Assembly: GCA_942492995.1 (NCBI GenBank)
Contig: OW818653.1
Coordinates: 390,001-422,000 of the forward strand
DNA: 32,000 nt
Direction: 5' to 3'
Source: an uncultured Erysipelotrichaceae bacterium
Lineage (GTDB): Bacteria; Bacillota_I; Bacilli_A; Erysipelotrichales; Erysipelotrichaceae
A program made the translations under genes and the position numbers. Position 1 is the first letter of the stretch; every line of letters begins with the position of its first letter. Under the pieces are notes generated by a model. The model was not told where the DNA came from. It saw only the letters and a list, made by a program, of their open reading frames with translations, and did no database searches. Of this stretch, positions 17,731 through 25,480 are shown piece after piece.

Positions 17731-19034
17731 TGAAAATAAAAATCGAAAAAACAGGAATAAATGGTGAAGGAATCGGTTATTTAAATAATAAGCCGATTTT
17801 TATTGCGTCAGTACTTCCTCAAGAAATTGTAGAGGCAGAGATTACAGTAGAAAAAGATCGTTATGCGATTGCGGAGTTTGTACGTATTGTACAGAAGAGT
17901 CCAAGACGTATCGATGCACCATGTCCTGTACAAGATCGTTGTGGTGGTTGTGCATTAATGATTACAGATGTCGCATTTCAAGAAGAATTAAAGTTGAGTA
18001 ATCTTAAACAATCTCTTCTTAAGTATATGGGCAAATTTGATTTTAGATTGATTAAGAAGATTCAATCGAATCCTCAACCATTCAATTATCGCAATCAATG
18101 TAAACATCCTATGAAGATGGAAAAGAATCGTTTAGTCGCTGGTTTCTATAAAGCTGGCACAAATCATTTCGTATCCATTAATCGTTGTATCGTACATGAT
18201 GATGATTTAGAGAAGGCAAAGAATGCGGTTGTGAATCTATTAAACAAACATCGTTGTGTTGATTTTGATCCACCGGCATCACAAGGGATTCGTACACTTA
18301 TCGTTCGTAGTATGAATGATGAAGTACAAGTTACCTTAGTTACTGGTAAGATGACATTGGATGAGAAGTTAGTTAAAGATATTATGAAGGTAGAGAATAT
18401 CGTTTCTCTTTATCATTCAGTTAATACGGATCGTCATGCGATGGATCCATTTGGTAAGAAATTAGATCTTGTTGCGGGTAAAGAAACACTTGATTTTGAA
18501 TTTGAAGAGTTGAAGTTCGCACTTAACCCTAAAGCATTCTTCCAACTTAATAAGCACCAAGCATCACTCCTATTTAAAGCAGTATTGGATATTATTCCAG
18601 CAAATAAAACGATTATTGACGCATATTGCGGGATTGGCGCTTTAAGCTTATTAATGGCTAAAAAGAGTCATAAAGTAATCGGTATTGAGTTTAGCCAAGA
18701 GGCAATTGATAGTGCGAATCTAAACGCAAAACTTAATAAGATTGATAATTGTTCGTTTATAGTAGGGGATGCGGCAGAGAAACTTTCAAGTCTAAAATCT
18801 TCTATGGATGTCTTGGTTATTGATCCACCACGTGCTGGATTGAGTGATGATATGATTAAAACAATTCTTAAGTTAAAGATTAAAGAGATTGTTTATATCT
18901 CATGTAATCCTAGTACATTAGCGAAGAACTTAAATGATTTAAAATCAAGTTATCGTATCAAACAAATTCAACCATTTGATTTGTTTACACATACACCATT
19001 ACTTGAAACAGTTGTACATCTTACATTAAATTAA
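17730..19034 (+). CDS. rlmCD: 23S rRNA (uracil-C5)-methyltransferase, RlmCD/RumA family
   Basis: N-terminal TRAM-like domain, Fe-S cysteines CPVQDRCGGC...C, SAM motif DAYCGIGALSL, DPPRAGL and catalytic ISCNPSTLAKN. The start overlaps the previous stop (TAATG). Confidence 0.9.
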   Translation: MKIKIEKTGINGEGIGYLNNKPIFIASVLPQEIVEAEITVEKDRYAIAEFVRIVQKSPRRIDAPCPVQDRCGGCALMITDVAFQEELKLSNLKQSLLKYMGKFDFRLIKKIQSNPQPFNYRNQCKHPMKMEKNRLVAGFYKAGTNHFVSINRCIVHDDDLEKAKNAVVNLLNKHRCVDFDPPASQGIRTLIVRSMNDEVQVTLVTGKMTLDEKLVKDIMKVENIVSLYHSVNTDRHAMDPFGKKLDLVAGKETLDFEFEELKFALNPKAFFQLNKHQASLLFKAVLDIIPANKTIIDAYCGIGALSLLMAKKSHKVIGIEFSQEAIDSANLNAKLNKIDNCSFIVGDAAEKLSSLKSSMDVLVIDPPRAGLSDDMIKTILKLKIKEIVYISCNPSTLAKNLNDLKSSYRIKQIQPFDLFTHTPLLETVVHLTLN

Positions 19035-19042
19035 TATACAAA

Positions 19043-19068
19043 GTAGACATGAAAATGTCTGCTTTTTT
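19043..19068 (+). terminator. intrinsic terminator after rlmCD
   Basis: GTAGACAT GAAA ATGTCTGC plus TTTTTT. Confidence 0.8.
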
Positions 19069-19096
19069 ATTGTGAACGTTACTGATTGATTATATG

Positions 19097-19112
19097 ATAC
19101 TATATATAGTAT
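19097..19112. promoter_or_regulatory. perfect 16-bp palindrome upstream of hicB (candidate operator overlapping a -10-like TATATA)
   Basis: ATACTATATATAGTAT is its own reverse complement and lies 42 nt upstream of the hicB start. Confidence 0.4.
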
Positions 19113-19153
19113 TGAATAATATAAACATATAATTAAATGAAAGGATATTTAAA

Positions 19154-19534
19154 ATGAATAATTATAAATTAATCGTATATACAATGGAATCTGGTGATAC
19201 TGTAGATTATATTGCGGAATATCCTGCTCTTAGAGGAGTTGCTGGAATTGGATCGACTGAAGTAGAAGCGATAAACAACTTAAAAATAAATGCGGAAGCG
19301 AATATAAATGCATTAAAAGAAATTGGTTTACCGATTCCTGAAAGTGATGCTCTAATTAAAAATGAATACAGTGGGAAACTCTCGTTACGTTTATCAAGTA
19401 GCTTACATAGAAGATTGGCTGAAGTATCATTATTAGAGGGAGTGAGTATCAATCAATGTGTTGTTGAGGCTGTTGCGATGTATGTGACTGGAAGTCATAT
19501 CGAAAATAAAATAGGTGATATTTTAGAGAAGTAA
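19154..19534 (+). CDS. hicB: HicB-family antitoxin with C-terminal ribbon-helix-helix
   Basis: The N-terminal YIAEYPALRGVAGIGSTEVEAINNLKINAEANINAL (HicB fold pattern) and C-terminal YSGKLSLRLSSSLHRRLAEVSLLEGVSINQCVVEAV (RHH) are typical. Confidence 0.8.
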   Translation: MNNYKLIVYTMESGDTVDYIAEYPALRGVAGIGSTEVEAINNLKINAEANINALKEIGLPIPESDALIKNEYSGKLSLRLSSSLHRRLAEVSLLEGVSINQCVVEAVAMYVTGSHIENKIGDILEK

Positions 19535-19537
19535 TAC

Positions 19538-19568
19538 AAAAAAGCTCATTGTTTACACAACGAGCTTT
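19538..19568. terminator. terminator hairpin shared by convergent hicB and cof-type genes
   Basis: AAAGCTCATTG/CAACGAGCTTT stem. An A6 run lies on the 5' side, so the T-run is on the minus strand and favours termination of the minus-strand gene. Confidence 0.65.
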
Positions 19569-19624
19569 CGCAACCAGTCCCTGTAGAGATACTGGAGCTA
19601 ACAATATAATTAGAACAGAATCAA

Positions 19625-20428
19625 TTAATCAATAAGATTAAAGTGCTTTAATCCGTATTCGATTCCGCCTTCTTCAATATTCAATGTCACATAATCAGAG
19701 ATAGCTTTCATGTTTTCAGTCGCATTGCCCATCGCAATACCGATAGAAGCCATTTTTGTCATGTCGATATCATTATCTCCATCACCAAATGTCATAACGT
19801 TATCCCATGTTAATCCATTGAGATCAAGTACTTCTTTTATTCCAAGTGTTTTATTGATATCAGACCCAAAGACATCCATACTAACAGGACCTGCCCCAAT
19901 AAATTGGAACTCTGGGAAATCTTTCATATAGGGTTTAATTACTTCCATTGGTGTAATTAAGAATACACTTAATGGTTTATCGACTTTGATGAAATAATCT
20001 TGATTTAATGTATCATCAAGTAATAAATGTCTTACATCAAAGCCTTGTGAATAATGTTTATAGAATCCTTCATAATCATTCAATACAATCATCTGGTGGG
20101 CTGTTTTTAATCCCATAGGTATTTCTAAACGTTTACATAAATCAAGCATACGAATAACGCTATCAGGGCTAATGGTATGACGTATAATAACTTCTTTATT
20201 ACGATCTAACACACAATGACCATTGATTGTGACATAGTAATCGCAATCGAGTACTTCCTTAACATGGTCTTTAATAAATCCCATACTACGTCCGGTTGCG
20301 ACTAATACTTTAATGCCATTTGCCTTTAGTTTATGAATCGCATTAACTGATGATTCTTCAATCTTATCTTTACCTGCACTTAACAACGTTCCATCTATAT
20401 CAAATACAACTAGTTTAATTTGTTTCAT
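19625..20428 (-). CDS. Cof-type HAD-IIB sugar phosphatase
   Basis: MKQIKLVVFDIDGTLL, ATGRS and GDGDNDIDM. ATG 20428 with GGTGA 8 nt upstream is preferred to the track start at 20461. Confidence 0.9.
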   Translation of the reverse strand: MKQIKLVVFDIDGTLLSAGKDKIEESSVNAIHKLKANGIKVLVATGRSMGFIKDHVKEVLDCDYYVTINGHCVLDRNKEVIIRHTISPDSVIRMLDLCKRLEIPMGLKTAHQMIVLNDYEGFYKHYSQGFDVRHLLLDDTLNQDYFIKVDKPLSVFLITPMEVIKPYMKDFPEFQFIGAGPVSMDVFGSDINKTLGIKEVLDLNGLTWDNVMTFGDGDNDIDMTKMASIGIAMGNATENMKAISDYVTLNIEEGGIEYGLKHFNLID

Positions 20429-20480
20429 TTTGTTCACCATAAATAGTTTATCATAGGACAATGCATGTTAAAATAAAACA

Positions 20481-21149
20481 ATGAAAAAAAGTATTAAAGG
20501 AATTATCTTTGATTTAGATGGTACATTACTCGCAACCGATTCAGATCTTTGTGATGCGATAAATCAAATGCGTAATGATTTTAACTTAGACCCATTACCC
20601 AGTGATGATATTAAGGCATACTTAGGGGATGGAATTCGTATGTTAGTTACACGTTCACTTCCAAGCACACATCTTGATCAACTAGAATTAGCACTCAATA
20701 AATTCCATACTTATTACAGTGTATGTTATAACGTTAAGACAGTCCCATATGATAATGTATTAAATACATTAGTCCATCTTCAATCTCTAGATTATCGTTT
20801 ATCCATCGTATCCAATAAAGCACAGATCTATGTCGAGCAACTTGTACGCTATCATTTTCCGCATATTCAATTCGATTGTGTCTATGGGGATTCAACTTCC
20901 CATGCACGTAAACCTCATCCACAAGGCATTCAAGAAGCTCTACAATCAATGAATTGTACACATGATGAATGTTTACTCGTAGGTGATAGTATCGTTGATA
21001 TTGAGTCCGCAATTAATGCGAATATCTCAATCTGTCCTGTATCTTGGGGTTTTCAATCAGCTGAATTACTCTATTCTAAATCACATATCACTCCCATCAA
21101 TTCAATAAAAGATCTCTTACCATTCATTGATTCTTTGCGCTATAATTAG
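20481..21149 (+). CDS. HAD-IA phosphatase (phosphoglycolate phosphatase/PpaX-like)
   Basis: IIFDLDGTLLATD, VSNK and GDSIVDIESA motifs. Confidence 0.85.
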   Translation: MKKSIKGIIFDLDGTLLATDSDLCDAINQMRNDFNLDPLPSDDIKAYLGDGIRMLVTRSLPSTHLDQLELALNKFHTYYSVCYNVKTVPYDNVLNTLVHLQSLDYRLSIVSNKAQIYVEQLVRYHFPHIQFDCVYGDSTSHARKPHPQGIQEALQSMNCTHDECLLVGDSIVDIESAINANISICPVSWGFQSAELLYSKSHITPINSIKDLLPFIDSLRYN

Positions 21150-21155
21150 TTTATT

Positions 21156-21231
21156 GGGGGTATAGCTCAGTTGGTAGAGCACTTGGTTCGCAATCAAGGG
21201 GTCGAGAGTTCGAGTCTCTTTATCTCCACCA
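21156..21231 (+). tRNA. tRNA-Ala, anticodon CGC
   Basis: 76-nt cloverleaf folded by hand. Acceptor GGGGGTA/TATCTCC with the G3:U70 alanine identity pair. D arm GCTC-AGTTGGTA-GAGC. Anticodon arm CTTGG-TTCGCAA-TCAAG (U33, CGC, A37). T arm GAGAG-TTCGAGT-CTCTT. Encoded CCA. Confidence 0.9.
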
Positions 21232-21239
21232 TATCCAAT

Positions 21240-21266
21240 AAAACTCTTAGAAATAAGAGTTTTAGT
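21240..21266 (+). terminator. terminator after the tRNA
   Basis: AAAACTCTTA GAAA TAAGAGTTTT. Confidence 0.6.
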
Positions 21267-21274
21267 TTATTTAG

Positions 21275-21300
21275 AGAAGTAATATAAATATAGAAGTAAT
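21275..21300 (+). repeat. tandem direct repeat AGAAGTAAT x2 (17-nt period) upstream of the toxin-antitoxin-like operon
   Basis: AGAAGTAAT occurs at 21275-21283 and 21292-21300, each preceded by TA-N. It lies between the tRNA terminator and the extended -10 TGTATAAT (21334-21341). Confidence 0.5.
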
Positions 21301-21366
21301 TAATTGAATATTTAGGAAAAATCTATATAGAAATGTATAATATAAAGAAAGGCAAAGGGAAAGATA

Positions 21367-21531
21367 ATGAAAGAACTTGATGTTAGTTTCTTTGAAAAAC
21401 CTAGACCAAAGGCGAAACAAAGAAAAAATGCAGTGGGGATTGTACCAATCGATTTAAACGAAAATGTACTATCTGGTAAGAAGAAAATTACAGTTGATCT
21501 TACTAAAAAGGTGAATAAAACCAATACATGA
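21367..21531 (+). CDS. unannotated 54-aa basic protein, putative MazE/AbrB-like antitoxin
   Basis: Hand-translated as MKELDVSFFEKPRPKAKQRKNAVGIVPIDLNENVLSGKKKITVDLTKKVNKTNT. SD AAAGGGA lies 6 nt upstream. The stop overlaps the next start (ATGA at 21528-21531). It is below the 60-aa cutoff of the ORF track. Confidence 0.5.
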   Translation: MKELDVSFFEKPRPKAKQRKNAVGIVPIDLNENVLSGKKKITVDLTKKVNKTNT

Positions 21532-21935
21532 TTCAATTGGGGGATATCATTTTAATCGATAATTATTTAGATGTTAATGGGGATAATGTTTCAACACATC
21601 CAATGGTAGTAGTAAACACTATAGGCGGTAAAATATGTGGTTTAGATTTTGATTTAATCGGATGCTTTATGTCATCATTTAAAAGTCCAAATCATAGAAA
21701 CAGAATATCGAAATTTAAAAGTAATATCTTAGTCAATGTATTTGATGGTGTAAATAAAGAAAGTTATATAAAAGCAGATGTAATATATTATTTTGATTCT
21801 ACTAAAATAAGCTTCATAAACGTAGGTAAAATAAGTGAAGAAGTTTATGAAGAATTAATTGTTGTGATTGAGTTATTAGCTGAACAAAACAAATTAAGAG
21901 TAAATACGAATAATCTCTCCAATGCCATCAAATGA
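21528..21935 (+). CDS. MazF/PemK-like (SH3-barrel) putative endoribonuclease toxin
   Basis: By eye, LGDIILIDNYLDVNGDNVSTHPMVVVN aligns with [28 protein letters not shown] of B. subtilis EndoA. ESYIKADVIYYFDSTKISF-INVGKISEEVYEELIVVIELL aligns with the C-terminal DSVILLEQIRTIDKQRL...LDDEMM segment. Confidence 0.55.
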   Translation: MIQLGDIILIDNYLDVNGDNVSTHPMVVVNTIGGKICGLDFDLIGCFMSSFKSPNHRNRISKFKSNILVNVFDGVNKESYIKADVIYYFDSTKISFINVGKISEEVYEELIVVIELLAEQNKLRVNTNNLSNAIK

Positions 21936-21995
21936 TGGTTTTTCTTTTACTTTCAGAGTATTAGATGTACGATAAAAAATATAAGGGGGAGTTTT

Positions 21996-22580
21996 ATGTC
22001 GATATTTCTAGTAGATTATGAGAATGTACATGTGGAAGGGTTTAATGGATTATCGAATTGTTCAGAAAATGATTTGATTAAAATATTCTATACAAAAGGT
22101 GCAGATATGTTAACATTTGGGTTACATCGTAGATTAAGTGAAACAAAGGCTAAGATAGAATATCTCAAAGTTGAGAATGGTTCAAAGAATGCGTTAGATT
22201 TTCAATTATCATCGTATCTTGGATTTCTAATAGCGAATCATGCGGAAGAAAAATACTATATTGTGTCAAAGGATAAAGGATTTGAAACCTTGGAACAATT
22301 TTGGAAAAAGAGTCCTGTTAAACATGCTTTAGTTACACTGGTTTCTGATATTTCATTAAAGATTGAACAAGAAGTTCAAAACCAAATGAAGAATACAGTT
22401 CAATCAGTTTTGAAAGAAAGTAGTTTCAAAGATAATGTGAATGAAATAATTCAAATTATTGATAAATATAAAACTAAACAAGGAATTTATAGCGCACTTG
22501 TAAAAACATATGAAGAGAAAAAAGGTGCTGAGATATACAAGAAGATTAAATCATTATTGACTGAGAAGAAGGGTCAATAA
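21996..22580 (+). CDS. NYN/LabA-like (PIN-like) nuclease-domain protein with C-terminal helical extension
   Basis: FLVDYENV, KNALDFQL and YIVSKDKGF match the three acidic motif positions of NYN/LabA domains. The roughly 70-aa Lys/Glu-rich C-terminal region could be OST-HTH-like. Strong RBS AAGGGGGAG. Confidence 0.6.
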   Translation: MSIFLVDYENVHVEGFNGLSNCSENDLIKIFYTKGADMLTFGLHRRLSETKAKIEYLKVENGSKNALDFQLSSYLGFLIANHAEEKYYIVSKDKGFETLEQFWKKSPVKHALVTLVSDISLKIEQEVQNQMKNTVQSVLKESSFKDNVNEIIQIIDKYKTKQGIYSALVKTYEEKKGAEIYKKIKSLLTEKKGQ

Positions 22581-22626
22581 CCGATTATCAAATGAATAAG
22601 GTTTTGTGTATGATACAATAAATCAT

Positions 22627-22983
22627 ATGTTTAACCTTAAAGAAAACGCAAAGACAATCAAGAAAATGATTCCAGCTTTATGGATCGCAATGAAGAAGAA
22701 AGAAACACCGATTCTTGCGAAAGTTTTTGCCTTACTAACTCTTGGTTATGCACTATCTCCAATTGATCTTATTCCAGACTTTATACCAGTATTAGGGTAT
22801 CTAGATGATCTTATCCTATTACCGTTAATGATTTATGTGACGATAAAGTTAATACCTAAATCGATTCTAGATCAAGCGATGCTAGAGTCTGAAGGCATGT
22901 GGGATAAATTGCCTAAAATGAATTGGTTTATTATAGTCATACTTTTAGTTTGGGGATTAATCTTATACTTAATATTTATGTGA
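22627..22983 (+). CDS. DUF1232 (YkvA-like) membrane protein
   Basis: The YALSPIDLIPDFIPVLGYLDDL signature is present. The start is ambiguous: ATG 22627 or the track's GTG 22606. Confidence 0.8.
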   Translation: MFNLKENAKTIKKMIPALWIAMKKKETPILAKVFALLTLGYALSPIDLIPDFIPVLGYLDDLILLPLMIYVTIKLIPKSILDQAMLESEGMWDKLPKMNWFIIVILLVWGLILYLIFM

Positions 22984-22996
22984 GGAAATTAGAACT

Positions 22997-23530
22997 ATGC
23001 AAGTAATTGAAACAAATCGTCTTACACTCCGTGGCTTTTTACCAACTGATTTAAATGATTTTTATGCGTATGCGAAGAATGATAAAGTAGGTCCAATGGC
23101 AGGTTGGAAACCACATACAAGTTTAGAAGAAAGTCAGGAAATACTAAAGTCATTTGTAGAAAGTACTGAAGTTTGGGCGATTGTACATAAACAGGATAAT
23201 AAAGTGATTGGTTCAATTGGTTTACATAATGATCGTAAACGGGATAATCCAAATTCACGTATGTTAGGCTATGTTTTAAGTGAAGACTATTGGGGTAAGA
23301 GTTTAATGTTAGAGGCAGTTCATGCGTTATTAAATCATGGACTTAATGAACTTAATTTAGAACTTATATCGGTGTATCATTATCCGTTTAATAATCAATC
23401 CGCATCTGTTATAAAGAATGCGGGATTTAAATATGAAGGATTACAGAGACAGTCTACGGTTCGTTTTGATGGGGTAATTTTAGATAGTGCTTTATATTCA
23501 ATGACGAAAGATGAGTACAATGCGGTATGA
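22997..23530 (+). CDS. GNAT N-acetyltransferase (RimJ/RimL-like)
   Basis: TNRLTLRGFLPTDLNDFYAY...WGKSLMLEAV...NNQSASVIKNAGFKYEG is typical of the Acetyltransf_3 type. Confidence 0.85.
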   Translation: MQVIETNRLTLRGFLPTDLNDFYAYAKNDKVGPMAGWKPHTSLEESQEILKSFVESTEVWAIVHKQDNKVIGSIGLHNDRKRDNPNSRMLGYVLSEDYWGKSLMLEAVHALLNHGLNELNLELISVYHYPFNNQSASVIKNAGFKYEGLQRQSTVRFDGVILDSALYSMTKDEYNAV

Positions 23531-24147
23531 CGATCAAACATGAATATCGTAAACATGAAAAAGAATTGTATGATCCAAAAGTAACGCCAAGAAGAGTTGA
23601 AGTACCAAGTTTAAGTTATATTGCGATAAATGGAAAAGGGAATCCGAATACAGAGGAATTCTCGAATAAGATTGAATCATTATTTACGTTAGCGTATACC
23701 TTAAAGATGTTTCCTAGAAAAGGTGTAATGATAAAAGATTATTATGATTATACAGTTTATCCATTAGAAGGTGTATGGGATTTAAGTGAGAAGGGTCGAT
23801 TAGAAACGACACTTAATAAAGATGAGTTAGTTTATACGATTATGATTCGTCAACCATTTTTTATGACTGAAGAACTCTTCAATCAAGCAGTTGATGTAAG
23901 TAAACATAAGAATGAGAACATAATAGATGTTTATTGGCATGTAACATTACCAACACCAGTCGTACAAATCATGCATATTGGTTCATTTGATACAGAACCA
24001 GTAAGTTTCAATAAGATACAAGAATACTGCGATAGTAATGGTTTAAAACGTGTTTCGCATATCCATCGTGAGATATATTTAAGTGATTTTAGGAAGACTA
24101 AACAAGAATCATTAAAGACGATATTACAAGTCGAAGTCACATTTTGA
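23527..24147 (+). CDS. GyrI-like small-molecule-binding domain protein
   Basis: The KHEKELYDPKVTPRRVEVPSLSYIAINGKGNPNTEEF N-terminus is characteristic. The start overlaps the GNAT stop (ATGA). Confidence 0.7.
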   Translation: MTIKHEYRKHEKELYDPKVTPRRVEVPSLSYIAINGKGNPNTEEFSNKIESLFTLAYTLKMFPRKGVMIKDYYDYTVYPLEGVWDLSEKGRLETTLNKDELVYTIMIRQPFFMTEELFNQAVDVSKHKNENIIDVYWHVTLPTPVVQIMHIGSFDTEPVSFNKIQEYCDSNGLKRVSHIHREIYLSDFRKTKQESLKTILQVEVTF

Positions 24148-24194
24148 AGTTTTAGTTAATATTTGTTAGAATAGAACCGTTGGAGGCAAGTAAG

Positions 24195-24683
24195 ATGAAG
24201 ATGAAACCGATACATACATTATTCATCCTGTATCTTATGAGTCTTTTTTATGTGTTATTCTTATACAATCGTACATTTGATTTATCATGGATTGCGAGAG
24301 GTGGATTTCCTGAATTAATTAAACAACAGAGTGATCATTTGAATCTTATCTTGTTTAATACCATCTTTAGATATTTACAAACAATGAATTATGCGACAGG
24401 TATGCGTAACATTATTGTGAATATCGGTGGACATATGTTGTTACTTACACCATTTGGATTCTTCTTACCACGATTGAATAAACGATTTCAGAATTTAGTG
24501 TTTTTCATCTTTATTACGGTATTGATTATGTTGTTAATTGAAGGTTTACAGTTTATTAGTATGAGTGGATCCTTCGATGTGGATGATGCGCTTCTCAATG
24601 TGATTGGGGCAGTAATTGGGTTTATTTTCTTAAGAAACCCTGAGAATTTGGAAAGGACAACTCATGACGGAGAAATTAGTTGA
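24195..24683 (+). CDS. VanZ-family membrane protein
   Basis: The C-terminal SFDVDDALLNVIGAVIGF motif and four TM segments fit VanZ. ATG 24195 lies 8 nt after GGAGG. Confidence 0.8.
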   Translation: MKMKPIHTLFILYLMSLFYVLFLYNRTFDLSWIARGGFPELIKQQSDHLNLILFNTIFRYLQTMNYATGMRNIIVNIGGHMLLLTPFGFFLPRLNKRFQNLVFFIFITVLIMLLIEGLQFISMSGSFDVDDALLNVIGAVIGFIFLRNPENLERTTHDGEIS

Positions 24684-25164
24684 GTTTATTATTCATTATG
24701 CTTCTTGGTTAAATAAAGAAGTATTAGTATTTGTTATATCGATGACACCAATTCTTGAATTAAGAGGAGGTGTATTAGCGGGTTATTGGTTAGGCTTACC
24801 TTTATGGACAACATCTATTATTGCGGTGATTGGGAACTTATTACCCATTCCGTTTATTTTATTCTTTATCGAAAAAATCTTAGCATTCCTAGTAAAACAT
24901 AATATATTAACGAATTTTATCACTAAATTACGTGAACGTGCTCTACATAAGAGTAAAGGTTTACAGAATATGGAGTTTATTGGATTAATGTTATTTGTTG
25001 GTATACCATTACCAGGAACAGGTGCTTGGACAGGTGCGTTGGTTGCGGAAACACTACAAATGGACCGTAAGAAGGCAATGATTGCGATTACGTTAGGAGT
25101 ATTTATCGCGTTAGGTATAATGTTAATTGTTTCTTATGGTGTATTAAACCAGATCGGATTATAA
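24664..25164 (+). CDS. small multidrug-export-like membrane protein (COG2426 family)
   Basis: PILELRGGVLAGY and GIPLPGTGAWTGALVA patterns are present. It overlaps the vanZ end by 20 nt. Confidence 0.65.
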   Translation: MTEKLVEFIIHYASWLNKEVLVFVISMTPILELRGGVLAGYWLGLPLWTTSIIAVIGNLLPIPFILFFIEKILAFLVKHNILTNFITKLRERALHKSKGLQNMEFIGLMLFVGIPLPGTGAWTGALVAETLQMDRKKAMIAITLGVFIALGIMLIVSYGVLNQIGL

Positions 25165-25165
25165 A

Positions 25166-25420
25166 ATGGATAACATATTCATACTTACTTTATTAATTAG
25201 TGTAGTGGTTGTTGCGTTTTTTATAGCACCTACATTAATCGGTATAAGTGTGTATAAACATGCGGTTAATCATCATATCAAAAACCCGTACCAATGGGCT
25301 TTGATTAGTGGTTTAACTCCATTGTATATTGGGTTAATTATCTATGTATTAAAAATCGATCAGTTAGAAACGATTGAATATGATAAGACTCATTATCAAA
25401 ATAATGAGAAGGAAGATTAA
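25166..25420 (+). CDS. small two-TM membrane protein
   Basis: 84-aa ORF starting 2 nt after the previous stop, with two hydrophobic segments. No motif recognised. Confidence 0.45.
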   Translation: MDNIFILTLLISVVVVAFFIAPTLIGISVYKHAVNHHIKNPYQWALISGLTPLYIGLIIYVLKIDQLETIEYDKTHYQNNEKED

Positions 25421-25425
25421 TTACT

Positions 25426-25449
25426 GAACAGATTTATCTGTTCTTTTTT
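25426..25449 (+). terminator. intrinsic terminator
   Basis: GAACAG ATTTAT CTGTTC plus TTTTTT. Confidence 0.8.
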
Positions 25450-25452
25450 ATA

Positions 25453-25480
25453 CCAAATTAAAACACCATTGAAGGTGTTA
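25453..25480 (-). terminator. terminator of the minus-strand cpsD-wzy transcript
   Basis: On the minus strand, AACACC TTCAAT GGTGTT is followed by TTTAATTT. Confidence 0.5.

Noticed and set aside
21312-21536. 74-aa minus-strand ORF opposite the 54-aa gene
   Set aside because: It is a hydrophobic antisense shadow of a Lys-rich + strand ORF. The + strand ORF has a promoter, an SD and an ATGA coupling to the next gene; the minus ORF has none of these.
21156-23000. Prophage or integrative element inserted at tRNA-Ala
   Set aside because: There is no integrase, recombinase or phage gene, and I could not spot a direct repeat of the tRNA 3' end downstream. Only a small cassette is supported.
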